Virus record (IMG/VR): IMGVR_UViG_3300033066_001722
Span: 1 to 64,000 of that record
Source of the DNA: a virus
Lineage: Duplodnaviria; Caudoviricetes
Direction: 5' to 3' (one strand)
Length of the DNA: 64,000 bases
In this document: in pieces, positions 18,248 to 27,583 of the stretch
Layout of the letters: the number at the start of each line of letters is the position of its first letter
Numbering within the stretch: the first letter of the stretch is position 1
Position numbers and translations under genes: made by a program
The notes under the pieces: model-generated
Seen by the model: the letters and a program-made list of their open reading frames with translations, nothing else
The model's database searches: none
What the model was told of the DNA's origin: nothing

Positions 18248-19056
18248 AGACGCCAGAACGGCAGTACCCGCTGGGCGAGTTCACCTAATCGTTTCACATC
18301 GCCGACACAGTAGCGTGCGACGTCGAAGTAGCGACGCTCAATCCAGGCCTTGCCGACCTTCGTACCGTCGAGATCCTCCTTCGGAGAAGGTAGACCTAGT
18401 CCGAGGCTCACCTCCTCCATCGCAGTCAGACGTCCAGCTCCGTGGAAGCTCAGGACGTCGGCGAGGTCGAGATTCGACCTCAAGTCGTAGCGGTTGAAGG
18501 CGAGAGACCTTGTCGGGCGTACCCTGTTGCGGACGTAGTGATAGGAGAGGACAGGATGGTCGAACCTGCGACCATTGAACGTCAGCAGGGTGACGTCACG
18601 CTGCGGATGAACAAGCTCGTTGAAGAAGTAGAGACCCTCCTTCGAGGCTCGACCCAGTCCGCCTATGATGTTGAAGTCGCAGCTGAACTGCGGGTCTAGG
18701 AACTCCAGGACAATGTCCGGATCCATGAACGCGATGTAACGGCTGTCCGTCTCGTAGAGTACGAGCTCCCGCATCATCGATCGCACGTCCGCGAGTTGCC
18801 ACAGATGCGGTGAGATCTCGATGACCATGACAGCGAGCTCTGCCATGGCAGGATTCAGTGCGGAGTTGGCATGTGCAACCTCGAAGAGGTTGTCCTCGTC
18901 ATAGCCTGGTCCTGCGGACGCCGCCATCTTCTGAAGCTGCCGATCAGATAGCTGCTCGACGAGCTCAGATGAAGCTGCAAGCGTCTCTATGTCGAGGGAG
19001 ACCCAGTCGGGTTGATTGTAGGCGTCGCGCTTCTCGTTCGGAGGGATAACGATCAT
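18244..19056 (-). CDS. stand-alone DnaQ/PolB-type 3'-5' exonuclease
   Basis: SLDIET, TFNGRRFDHP, DLADVL, ARYCVGDV. Confidence 0.85.
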   Translation of the reverse strand: MIVIPPNEKRDAYNQPDWVSLDIETLAASSELVEQLSDRQLQKMAASAGPGYDEDNLFEVAHANSALNPAMAELAVMVIEISPHLWQLADVRSMMRELVLYETDSRYIAFMDPDIVLEFLDPQFSCDFNIIGGLGRASKEGLYFFNELVHPQRDVTLLTFNGRRFDHPVLSYHYVRNRVRPTRSLAFNRYDLRSNLDLADVLSFHGAGRLTAMEEVSLGLGLPSPKEDLDGTKVGKAWIERRYFDVARYCVGDVKRLGELAQRVLPFWRL

Positions 19057-19072
19057 ACTCGGACTGGACGCG

Positions 19073-19618
19073 CTAGCTCCAGTCCCGTGCGTCTGCTTCG
19101 AGCTTCGTCAACCTCGCATGTCCAAGGTTGACGACATCCTGCTCGGTACGACCGGCATACTCGCCAGCTGCCAGGTGCAAGCCGCGACGCTCCGCGACCA
19201 TCGCATCCAGCGCCTTGCGCAAGAGCCCCCAACGCTTGTCGTACTTCTCGCGCAGGTTATAGGCATCGAGCGTCGAAAGGATGATCGGAATCAAGCCGAC
19301 GATCGCCAGCATGATGCCGATAGTCCGACTCGATAGGACGTTTGTGATGACGGAGAGGATCCCGCCTCCGACTGCGCCAACACCGAAGGCTGCTTGCACA
19401 GCGCGCAGGACGATCTGGAGGATGGCAAGTCGGTCACCGATCAGGCACAGCCGATGTGCCTTGGCTGTGCCCTTCTCGATAGCAGCGTCGTAGGCTGCGA
19501 CCAGATCTTCAATCCTGGCGCTTCGGTGCTCGGAGGTGTTCGATGGAGACGTCGAAGGCTGCGGTAGGTCGACGGAGGGTGCTGAAGTACTCATGAGCAT
19601 GCTTCGTAAATCCTTCAT
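19073..19618 (-). CDS. SLATT/DUF4231-like 2-TM protein
   Basis: Two hydrophobic helices followed by KRWGLLRKALDAMVAERR...AAGEY, matching the SLATT pattern. Start uncertain (19618 or 19594). Confidence 0.6.
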   Translation of the reverse strand: MKDLRSMLMSTSAPSVDLPQPSTSPSNTSEHRSARIEDLVAAYDAAIEKGTAKAHRLCLIGDRLAILQIVLRAVQAAFGVGAVGGGILSVITNVLSSRTIGIMLAIVGLIPIILSTLDAYNLREKYDKRWGLLRKALDAMVAERRGLHLAAGEYAGRTEQDVVNLGHARLTKLEADARDWS

Positions 19619-20639
19619 GGCCGTACTTCAACACCATGATAGGATCGACCTCGGCCTTCTCCTCTGTGCTCAAGAACTTCGAGTAGAGGACAGGGCAGAT
19701 CGGACGATCCTTGTTCTCGAGGCGCTCCAGGGCGTCGAACTTCACGTTGCAGTGGCCACCGTCACAGGGCAGCAGACCGAAGAGTGCAGCTGTCCGCGGA
19801 TCGTCTGGCATCTCCGAGCATTCACCACGGAGCAGCTCATCGATCATCCCCTGGATGGCAGGACCCCAGTAGTCGCTCTGGGCGAAGTAGCAGGTACGCT
19901 TCTTCAGCTCTGCTCGCAGCACTCGCAGATTGATCGACATATCTGCCGTGCTGTGTGCATGGACCCCGACATGCCCTCGCGCCGACTCTTTGCGAACACC
20001 CAGCTTCAACAGCTCTTTGTAGGTGTCCTGCTCCCGCTGAAAGATCTCCTGCGTCAGGGCGAGGGCCAGCGGCTTGTCTGCGATGTCGGACGCAATGAAG
20101 TAGTCGCCCGAATCTGCCAGATCTTCGTAGCCACGAACCCGACCCGACATCTCCCAGAAGGCTGCGTCGCGCTGGCGGTCGAGATGGTAGACGAACATCG
20201 CAGGACAGTTCGCGAAGGAGAAGTTGAACTGGATGAACTCGGCGATCGGCCAGTCTCCACTCGCAAGCTCGAAGAAGGCGTCGACCATCATCGCATAGAA
20301 CATCGACTCCAGAGGCTGAATCGCAGCCGTGCCTTCGAGGTCCTTGGCTCCTCCGCATTTGTCCGCCTCCAGACTATAGCTGCGCCCTACGAGGTCGACG
20401 ACCTCACGTAGGGCGCGCGTGAGCCCCTCTCCTCGTCCGCGATCCTTCCAGACGCGTGGGAACAGCTTACCGAAGGTCGGGATCTCCCCGTGGACGATCT
20501 CCTCGAAGGTCCGAGCCTGGAGGTTCTTGACCGTCCATGGGACGTTGGGCTTCTTGCTCTGGCGAGAGTTGAGCCAGACGCAGACCAGCGCTTCGACCGG
20601 TTTGTGCGTCATACTCGTGAGGCGGACTGTCATCGGCAT
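19509..20639 (-). CDS. thyX: divergent flavin-dependent thymidylate synthase (ThyX-like)
   Basis: MTVRLTSMT N-terminus, PIAEFIQFNFSF, RQRx7S (canonical RHRx7S), GVRKESAR, INLRVL..LKKRTCYFAQ. Confidence 0.75.
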   Translation of the reverse strand: MPMTVRLTSMTHKPVEALVCVWLNSRQSKKPNVPWTVKNLQARTFEEIVHGEIPTFGKLFPRVWKDRGRGEGLTRALREVVDLVGRSYSLEADKCGGAKDLEGTAAIQPLESMFYAMMVDAFFELASGDWPIAEFIQFNFSFANCPAMFVYHLDRQRDAAFWEMSGRVRGYEDLADSGDYFIASDIADKPLALALTQEIFQREQDTYKELLKLGVRKESARGHVGVHAHSTADMSINLRVLRAELKKRTCYFAQSDYWGPAIQGMIDELLRGECSEMPDDPRTAALFGLLPCDGGHCNVKFDALERLENKDRPICPVLYSKFLSTEEKAEVDPIMVLKYGHEGFTKHAHEYFSTLRRPTAAFDVSIEHLRAPKRQD

Positions 20640-21186
20640 CTGGATACTCCACGTAGAAGAGGTCTTTGCACTCGCGTGCGAATTCGAGGTATAGGGACGT
20701 CGCAAGCTTACCTCCGTGTCGGTCGGACACTCTGCGCCCTAAGATCACGACCGCCCCTCTTGTCTCCTGGATCAGGCTCAGGAGCTGTTGTAGTCGTATC
20801 TCTGCTTCCTTTGGAAGAGAGGAGATAACCGTGCGATACGGGTCGAGCGCACGTGGGTTGAAGTTCTTGATCAAAGGCACCATGTAGGATGTCCATATCG
20901 ATCTTTGCAAGACTGTCGATTCCAGCCTGCCTCGACTGAACAAGGTACGCAGGTGGTAGATCTGTTGCTCCCGATGCAACTTGTGGATATCCTCGTAGGC
21001 GGACTGAGAGGGGAAGCTCGACGATCGCCCTGGTACTGGAGGAGTCCACGGGACGTAGCGTCGTCGGTACTCTGGATGGAGCGCCTCTGCAAGACGTTGA
21101 CACCCGTTGATACCCTCAACAAGGACGAGCTGTCGAGGATTCGACTTCAGCTCCTGGAGTAGCTCACTTTTGGAGATCAACTGCAT
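20467..21186 (-). CDS. dNMP (thymidylate) kinase-like protein with a degenerate P-loop
   Basis: LVLVEGINGCQR, VLQRSIWTS (DR motif equivalent), YLEFARE. The C-terminal 57 codons overlap thyX. Confidence 0.45.
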   Translation of the reverse strand: MQLISKSELLQELKSNPRQLVLVEGINGCQRLAEALHPEYRRRYVPWTPPVPGRSSSFPSQSAYEDIHKLHREQQIYHLRTLFSRGRLESTVLQRSIWTSYMVPLIKNFNPRALDPYRTVISSLPKEAEIRLQQLLSLIQETRGAVVILGRRVSDRHGGKLATSLYLEFARECKDLFYVEYPDADDSPPHEYDAQTGRSAGLRLAQLSPEQEAQRPMDGQEPPGSDLRGDRPRGDPDLR

Positions 21187-21706
21187 TGGCTGCCCTTTCG
21201 AATACTGAAGTGAAACGGCTCGAGCTGATCAAGGTCTCGCCGAGACGATGTACGATGAGTCTGTCGTAGATCCCTGCGGTGCCATTGTGGGCGATCCAAT
21301 CCGCCTCTGGCTTCTCCATGAGAAGACCGATGGACCTAGGTGTGAGAGGGTAGATCTCCTGCCCTGTTACACCGTCGATCAACTTGATCTCGACGTACCC
21401 TGTGATGTGAGCTCGTGCGACCCACGCGTAGAGCTCGACAGTAGACCGCAAGACCCGTCGCTCCGCCCCCAGTCTCTCTCGTCGGGTCTCGACGAGACCA
21501 GCGTCTAGGACCTGCCAGACACGCGGACGCAGGATCGACCGACGTAGAACCTGCTGCGCAAGGTAGCAGTCCTGCTTCAGCGAGGCTTCATCGAGGTTCA
21601 TCAGACAACCACGTTGCCCGTGAATCTCACACTCTACGTCCACTTCGAGTGGGATCCCACAGGTCGGACAGTTGTATGGGTACTCAAGCAGCGTGTCTTC
21701 GCTCAT
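21164..21706 (-). CDS. hypothetical protein with N-terminal Zn ribbon
   Basis: YNCPTCG...ECEIHGQRGC. Confidence 0.6.
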   Translation of the reverse strand: MSEDTLLEYPYNCPTCGIPLEVDVECEIHGQRGCLMNLDEASLKQDCYLAQQVLRRSILRPRVWQVLDAGLVETRRERLGAERRVLRSTVELYAWVARAHITGYVEIKLIDGVTGQEIYPLTPRSIGLLMEKPEADWIAHNGTAGIYDRLIVHRLGETLISSSRFTSVFERAANAVDLQK

Positions 21707-22649
21707 TCCGAACCAATCCTCGAAGGATGTGCTTGGGGAGTTTGATGGATGCGATGATCACGTCGGTGTAGTCCTGAAGACTCCAACGAGGCGCACCTGC
21801 GAGCTTGCGTTCGAGGTCTGGTGAGGAATCGGGATCCTCCGCCTCTTCTAGCCGTTGGCCTTTGGCGTTACGGCGTGGCTCTTGGAACTGGACGACTCTC
21901 GTCGGGATACCGAGCTCATTGAACCGCAGTCCGAGAGTGTAGGCTGTCAACCGTGCATCGCCGTCGAGCGCAATCGTTACCATCGAAGGTTGTAGCTGCG
22001 CTATCGACAGCAACTGCTTGCGACTCACAGTCTTACCCATAGTCGCGATACAACGACGTCCAGTGCGCTCAACAGCTAGCGCGCTGAACTTCCCCTCAGC
22101 CAGGCAGAGCTCCTGCCCTTGCGCGACCTTGTCGTAGTTCCAGATAGCTGTTGCACGTCGGAATCCAGAGCACGCGTGCCAGCGTTTCGTCACATCGCGA
22201 AGGATGATAGGACTGACGTCGCCCTCTGTCCGATAGGTCCGGGCCTGCCATCCTTGGTACTCACGGCGTGTCCAGACAGGGAAGAAGATGAGCCCACGGT
22301 AGACCCCCAGCTGAGAGAGGAAGATATAGTACCTGGCAGCGTCTGTCGACGAGACACGTCGACGCCACAGATACTCTACCGCTGCAGGGTCGGTCTCAAC
22401 GGAGACTGGTCGTACCTCCTCCCATGGCTTGAGCTTCTTCTCTGTCCGATTGGGCTTGGCCTCGAAGCCTTCGACTATGACAAGACCTCCCTCCTCGCAC
22501 TTGTGACAGAACCACAGACCGTTGGTGAGGTTCACGTAGAGATGACCGCTGCGATCTCCGCAGTCTCCATGCTTGAAGATCGCGTTGGTCTCGTCGGAGG
22601 TCAGTCTGTAGTCTGACCCGAAGGCCTCTTCGATGTTTTGGCTGATCAC
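21684..22649 (-). CDS. dnaG: DNA primase (Zn finger + TOPRIM)
   Basis: HLYVN..GLWFCHKCEEGG, LAEGKFSALAV, IALDGDA. Confidence 0.88.
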   Translation of the reverse strand: MISQNIEEAFGSDYRLTSDETNAIFKHGDCGDRSGHLYVNLTNGLWFCHKCEEGGLVIVEGFEAKPNRTEKKLKPWEEVRPVSVETDPAAVEYLWRRRVSSTDAARYYIFLSQLGVYRGLIFFPVWTRREYQGWQARTYRTEGDVSPIILRDVTKRWHACSGFRRATAIWNYDKVAQGQELCLAEGKFSALAVERTGRRCIATMGKTVSRKQLLSIAQLQPSMVTIALDGDARLTAYTLGLRFNELGIPTRVVQFQEPRRNAKGQRLEEAEDPDSSPDLERKLAGAPRWSLQDYTDVIIASIKLPKHILRGLVRNERRHAA

Positions 22650-22651
22650 GT

Positions 22652-23122
22652 CTAAGACGACGTCTTGGGAGGGTCTTGGTCCGCGATAGGCGCAGCCATT
22701 GCTGCGCGCATGACGTCGACGATCTTCATCTCCATCTGACCGCTCGCGCTGAACTTGAAGTCCACGATACGGTAGTTCTCCAGCATCGGATGATCATTCT
22801 CGTCGAGAAACGTCACGGTTGAACCAAGCGTCTTGTCGGCGACGATCTGGACCTTCTTGACGGGGGACCCCTCGTTTGGGGACTTCTTCCGACCTCCAGG
22901 CCATTGGCTGTCTGTCCGATTCGAGCGCGGGATCTGGACCATGTCCTCACCGCCCTCTTCGGTCTCGACGAAGATTCTGTCGTTGACTTCGTCGGGCAGA
23001 CTGTCGACCTTCGTGATCTTGCCCTTGATCGTCGTATGCTTCTCTGGATCGAAGTACTCAAAGTGCTGTCCGACCCAGTAGCGGTATACGTGCTGTGACT
23101 TCTTGCGTCCTCCCTTAGCCAT
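22652..23122 (-). CDS. hypothetical protein
   Basis: Start moved to ATG 23122 (MAKGGRKK), adjacent to the upstream stop. Confidence 0.55.
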   Translation of the reverse strand: MAKGGRKKSQHVYRYWVGQHFEYFDPEKHTTIKGKITKVDSLPDEVNDRIFVETEEGGEDMVQIPRSNRTDSQWPGGRKKSPNEGSPVKKVQIVADKTLGSTVTFLDENDHPMLENYRIVDFKFSASGQMEMKIVDVMRAAMAAPIADQDPPKTSS

Positions 23123-23285
23123 CGTCGTCTTCCTCTTCTTCGTCGTCTTCGTCTTCCTCTTCGGAGGCTTCCTCCTCTTCAAGAGGCATGCCATCCAGAT
23201 CTTCGTCGGGTGCGATCAAGATCGCCTCGACACGGTTCTCATGGTCGCGTACGACCGCCATCGGATCGTCGTCAGGCTTCGCCAT
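23115..23285 (-). CDS. small, highly acidic protein (56 aa, 28 D/E)
   Basis: MAKPDDDP...LEEEEASEEEDEDDEEEEDDDG; fills the gap between rad50 and the next gene. Confidence 0.55.
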   Translation of the reverse strand: MAKPDDDPMAVVRDHENRVEAILIAPDEDLDGMPLEEEEASEEEDEDDEEEEDDDG

Positions 23286-24855
23286 AGGTAGTCTTACCTC
23301 CCTCTTTGATTGCAACGAGTCTTCGAGGCAGAGATAGCATATCCTGCCTGTGAGAGATCACGTAGATGGAAGGGACGCGCTGGAGGAGTTCAGTCAAGAA
23401 CTGAACAAGACGCTCGACGCCCTGTCCGTCGACAGCCCAGGCTCCCTCGTCGATCACAAAGATGTTTGTCGGCTCGTACCGTCGTCGAGCTACCAAGGCT
23501 CCGGCCATGTTGACAGCGAAATCGACAATCTGACCTTCTCCTCCTGAGAGGAGGCCTAACTGGGTGTCTGGTACCTTGACCTGCAAGGTCCCCTTCGCGT
23601 CGAGAACGATCTCGACCTCAATGTCTGAGAGTTCCCGGAGCACCCAGGTGAGCTCTTCATTGAGCTCTGGTAGCAGACGTGCGACCTCCCACGCAGGATA
23701 GCCAGAGGCACTGTATGTATCGCCGACATCTTCGAGATCCTTGATGAGCTCTTGTGATCTCTCGAGTCTCCGACGGATCTGATCTAGATCACGTCGAACG
23801 GTCGACTGCTGGTATCTCCGCATATCATCACTCCAGCGTTGGCGACGCTCGACGGAGCGCTGATAGAGCTGATTAGCCTCCTCGAAGGGAGGGCGTAGCA
23901 ACTCCACCTCTGTCTTTGACTCTGCCCACTCCTGTTGGAGCCTTGGCAGGTTCGCTGAAGTAGACTCATACCGTGACTGCGTCTGTGTGAGCTTCTCGAG
24001 ATGAGTCTGCAGTAGCAGAGGATCTGCAGGGCTGTGGCTCCCGCACAGCGGGCATGGTTGTCCGCTGAGGAGTGGAGTAAGCTCTTCGAGCTGACGATCT
24101 TGTTCGGCTGCTAGCAGACGTAGACGCTCTTGCATTAGCTGCACTTCGCGTGCTAAGTACGTCTGACGTTGCTCTGCCTGCACCAGCATCTGTCGGAGAG
24201 GATCCGGAGGAGCCTCCAGCCCCGGATCAGGTCCTGGATCTATAGGCCTCTCCTCTTCGCTCAGAAGGACCAGGTCTGACTGAAGGCTGTGTATTCGTTG
24301 CCGTACTGTGCGAGCATGCTCAGCAACTCTTCTGGAGGCGACGTCAAAGGCACTCCCAGCGGCACGTAGGAGTAGTTGCTTTCGATCTGCATCTCGTAGC
24401 GAGAGGAACGAAGGTATGCGGTAACCGAAGAATGTCGTCGCGACGAATGCAGCAGGACCCATGCCGAGCAGTTCGGCGATGAGTCCCGCAGGATGGCTGT
24501 GCCGCTCTTCAGTCGGTACCTCACCGTTAATGAGGACACGTACACCGGTCCGGTCTTTTGGGTGATGGCGGAAGCGAGACACAAGAATGACGTCAGGACC
24601 TCGACGGAATTCCAGGCTAACGCGGACCCATTGAGCACCTCGACGTATGATGTCATCCTTCTTCTCCGGATCTCTGAAAGTCGTATCGCTCAGCACCCAC
24701 TTCAGCGCCTCCCAAGGCGTCGACTTCCCGGCTCCGTTCGAGCCTCCTCGATCTCTGTTCTCGCCTGTAACAGCGTATAGCCCATCTTGGAAATGGATCC
24801 GAGCGTACGCGACGGACAGGAAGTTCTCGATCTCGATGTAATGGAAGTAGATCAC
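23272..24855 (-). CDS. sbcC: SbcC/Rad50-like ABC ATPase (gp46-like)
   Basis: GSNGAGKS, Zn-hook CPLC, LSGGE, IFVIDEG, VISH. Confidence 0.93.
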   Translation of the reverse strand: MIYFHYIEIENFLSVAYARIHFQDGLYAVTGENRDRGGSNGAGKSTPWEALKWVLSDTTFRDPEKKDDIIRRGAQWVRVSLEFRRGPDVILVSRFRHHPKDRTGVRVLINGEVPTEERHSHPAGLIAELLGMGPAAFVATTFFGYRIPSFLSLRDADRKQLLLRAAGSAFDVASRRVAEHARTVRQRIHSLQSDLVLLSEEERPIDPGPDPGLEAPPDPLRQMLVQAEQRQTYLAREVQLMQERLRLLAAEQDRQLEELTPLLSGQPCPLCGSHSPADPLLLQTHLEKLTQTQSRYESTSANLPRLQQEWAESKTEVELLRPPFEEANQLYQRSVERRQRWSDDMRRYQQSTVRRDLDQIRRRLERSQELIKDLEDVGDTYSASGYPAWEVARLLPELNEELTWVLRELSDIEVEIVLDAKGTLQVKVPDTQLGLLSGGEGQIVDFAVNMAGALVARRRYEPTNIFVIDEGAWAVDGQGVERLVQFLTELLQRVPSIYVISHRQDMLSLPRRLVAIKEGGKTTYGEA

Positions 24856-25880
24856 ACCCTCTCCTCTGTCGAGAACGTCCCAGACTCGATTGCTTCGGCG
24901 ATCTGCTGGAGTCTCCCGGCTCTCTCACCGTACTTCTCCTGCAGGTAGCTCTGCAGCGTCGTGCCCTTCCTCTCGGAGGTTGGCTCGATCTTCTTGGACT
25001 TTGGCCTCTGCGCCCCGAGGAGCTTGACGATCATATCAGGAGGCACGTTCCCCAACCAGCGCTGAGCATGCTCGCGGAGTTCGGGCTCTACGGTCAGGTT
25101 AACGTAGACCCGAGACTTCAACGCCAGGGCCTCTAATTCTGACAGGGAGCTCGCGTGGACCTTCAGGAAGGACCAGGCGTAGGGGTTCGCGTAACGCGTC
25201 TCTGTATCGAGTTCTGTGTCGATTACAGATGCGCCGAACTGGTGCTCGCCGGCATCTGAGAAGTTACGAGCCTGTATCGCACCCGTATAGACGATCTCCG
25301 ACTCGCGACCCTTCCATCGCGAGGGTATGTGATAGTGCCCGCTGTAGATCCGACACGCCCCCAGATCGTCGACCGTGACCGAGCCGATGGCGTATCCACG
25401 GATCGTCAGTTCAAGGACACCGAGATGTGCGAATCCAACACGAACGCGCTGCTGTCTCCACTTGGATGGGTGCTCCTCGTATGGACGGAGAAGGACTCCA
25501 TCGGCCATCTGAGGCCGACCGAAGAGTCGTACTCCCAGAGCGCCTAGTGGTAGGATCGCGCTGTCCTCTAGCCGAAGATTGAACATGTCATGGTTACCTG
25601 GGATCGCCCAGGCTGTCGTATGAGTCTCTGAGCAGGCGCCGACAATCTCAATCCAGGCCTCCCAGATCCGGTTGTACACGAACCAATCCGTCGACCTCCA
25701 ATCTTCAAGCAGATCACCACCGAAGAGGAGGACATCCGGTCGAGACTCTCTAACGAGAGAGGCGATCCAGTAGAGGGACTCAACAGCACGCTGGATGCGA
25801 TTCGTCCCGTACTTGTCGACCGGGACGCTGAACTGCTGGAATCGATGCCCGTGTAGATCGTTGAAGAAGAGCACCCTCAT
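24852..25880 (-). CDS. sbcD: SbcD/Mre11-like nuclease (gp47-like)
   Basis: FNDLHG, FGGDL, PGNHD, GFAHLG, SGHYH. Start at ATG 25880. Confidence 0.92.
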   Translation of the reverse strand: MRVLFFNDLHGHRFQQFSVPVDKYGTNRIQRAVESLYWIASLVRESRPDVLLFGGDLLEDWRSTDWFVYNRIWEAWIEIVGACSETHTTAWAIPGNHDMFNLRLEDSAILPLGALGVRLFGRPQMADGVLLRPYEEHPSKWRQQRVRVGFAHLGVLELTIRGYAIGSVTVDDLGACRIYSGHYHIPSRWKGRESEIVYTGAIQARNFSDAGEHQFGASVIDTELDTETRYANPYAWSFLKVHASSLSELEALALKSRVYVNLTVEPELREHAQRWLGNVPPDMIVKLLGAQRPKSKKIEPTSERKGTTLQSYLQEKYGERAGRLQQIAEAIESGTFSTEERV

Positions 25881-26134
25881 CGAGGTCCTCGGATGAGGGC
25901 ACGCGCCACCTTGGCTGTCAGAGGGCCACAACGCTCCGGTGACTCCTGATACAGGCGCACAGCGGTATCTGCGATCTCTTGTGAGATGAAGAGAGACTCT
26001 GGTTGTCGTCTGGGCTGCTGAATCAGCTTCTGTGCGGCTCGCAGAGCGTCTCCGATCGAACCTCCGGGGGACGCCAGAAGGGCATCTTTGGATGCTTCGT
26101 CCAATTCAACTCTCGAAGGATCTCTTCTCGCCAT
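25877..26134 (-). CDS. hypothetical protein
   Basis: Short ORF with ATGA coupling to sbcD. Confidence 0.45.
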   Translation of the reverse strand: MARRDPSRVELDEASKDALLASPGGSIGDALRAAQKLIQQPRRQPESLFISQEIADTAVRLYQESPERCGPLTAKVARALIRGPR

Positions 26135-26274
26135 AGACACTCTCGACCGTTCAGATTTTGACTCTCGGCACGGACGTACGCTCCTATCTCTCGAAGGAGT
26201 CTTCGAGGGCTAGGGTATTCCTTTCGAGAGATCACACGGATGACAGCTTCGCGGAAGCGCTGCCGAGCAGACAT
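26023..26274 (-). CDS. possible small hypothetical protein
   Basis: MSARQRFREAVIRVISRKEYPSPRRLLRE...; overlaps the next ORF by about 110 nt, so it is doubtful. Confidence 0.3.
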   Translation of the reverse strand: MSARQRFREAVIRVISRKEYPSPRRLLREIGAYVRAESQNLNGRECLWREEILRELNWTKHPKMPFWRPPEVRSETLCEPHRS

Positions 26275-26299
26275 ACTTGGTAGGACGGACAGAAGCCCT

Positions 26300-27571
26300 T
26301 CAGGTCGCTCGAACAGCTTGGATCTGAGGCTGACGTAGAGTCTTGTAGCGGAGGTACGCGTAGGCGACACCGACGAAGAGGACGATCATCATAGAGGAGT
26401 AGATAGGCATCAGAGTCCATCGGTTCAGATCCCCTACCGTCGAGGCTGCGATAGGAGTCGCAAGGAAGCCTCCGAGATACTCTGTTCCGTCGAGATAGCC
26501 GACTACACGTCCGCTTTGAGCTGCTCCACTGAGCTCGACGCTCACTGCTCCGTTGAGCAGACCATGGATCGACTGGATGCAAGCGGAGTACAGGATCAGG
26601 CATATGGCGAGCTGATACGCACCAGAGGCTCCCCAGAACCTGGCAAGTAGCAGACAGGACATGACCCCTACTCCTGCTGCTGCGAGCACAGCCCAGCGTG
26701 ATTGGATGCGATCGGAGAGCGTGCCCATCGCAATCACACCTAGACAGGCTGCCCACGGCATCCATGTAGACGCTAGGAGGAAGGGTGGAAACTTGCGCAG
26801 GTTCGCGAACTCGATGCCGTAGGCACGGACGAAATGACTCGCATAGAAGTGGTCGACGTAGTTACGTGTGAACCCGACTGCGAGTGCGACTCCGATCATG
26901 ATCCAGAAGAGGCCTTGACGCCAGAAAGGCTCAGCCGAGACTGCGACCGTTGGAGGTGCGACATGGCCGACATCCTCGGGATTGTTTCGTACGAAGAAGG
27001 CTGTGAACGGGATCGCCAGCGCAACCAGGACAGCAGGCACCCAGAAGGCATACTGCCATGGGAGGAATGCGATGAGGATCGGAGGCAGGATGTTAGCGAG
27101 GATCCGACCACTCTGAATCATGAGCCCGAAGAGCCCTAGGAACTTTCCACGATCATGGTTGCTGAACCAGCGAGAGTTGATCTTGACGACAGAGATCGCG
27201 CCGAAGGACTGGAAGTACGCATTGCAGGCCCATACGAGGGCAGCCATCGTCAGGATCGTGTGAGTCTGAAGTAGTCCGTGTGCAAGGCCTAGACAGCCGA
27301 ATGCGAGGTTGGCGAGCGAGATCCCGGAGGCTCCGATGAGGAGCGCACGCTTGCCTCCTAGCCTATCTGCGAGTGGACCATTGAACGCAACAGCGATGCC
27401 ATAGATGAGTAGTGCGAACTGGAGGATGGAGGATACCACGGCCAGTGGTACGCCCCAGGCCTTACTCAAGGCCTCTTGCATGGTACTGAGGTTATACCGT
27501 GCTGCGTAGAATAGGCCGAATTGGATACCTACCATCATCCAATTCACGATTCGGCGATTTGCGAAGGTCAT
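26300..27571 (-). CDS. MFS transporter, GlpT/UhpT (organophosphate:Pi antiporter)-like
   Basis: 423 aa with about 12 hydrophobic segments; motif A NGPLADRLGGKR, second repeat GTLSDRIQSR, YAARYNLS, SRWFSNHDRG. Confidence 0.88.
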   Translation of the reverse strand: MTFANRRIVNWMMVGIQFGLFYAARYNLSTMQEALSKAWGVPLAVVSSILQFALLIYGIAVAFNGPLADRLGGKRALLIGASGISLANLAFGCLGLAHGLLQTHTILTMAALVWACNAYFQSFGAISVVKINSRWFSNHDRGKFLGLFGLMIQSGRILANILPPILIAFLPWQYAFWVPAVLVALAIPFTAFFVRNNPEDVGHVAPPTVAVSAEPFWRQGLFWIMIGVALAVGFTRNYVDHFYASHFVRAYGIEFANLRKFPPFLLASTWMPWAACLGVIAMGTLSDRIQSRWAVLAAAGVGVMSCLLLARFWGASGAYQLAICLILYSACIQSIHGLLNGAVSVELSGAAQSGRVVGYLDGTEYLGGFLATPIAASTVGDLNRWTLMPIYSSMMIVLFVGVAYAYLRYKTLRQPQIQAVRAT

Positions 27572-27583
27572 ACCCGATCCTCC

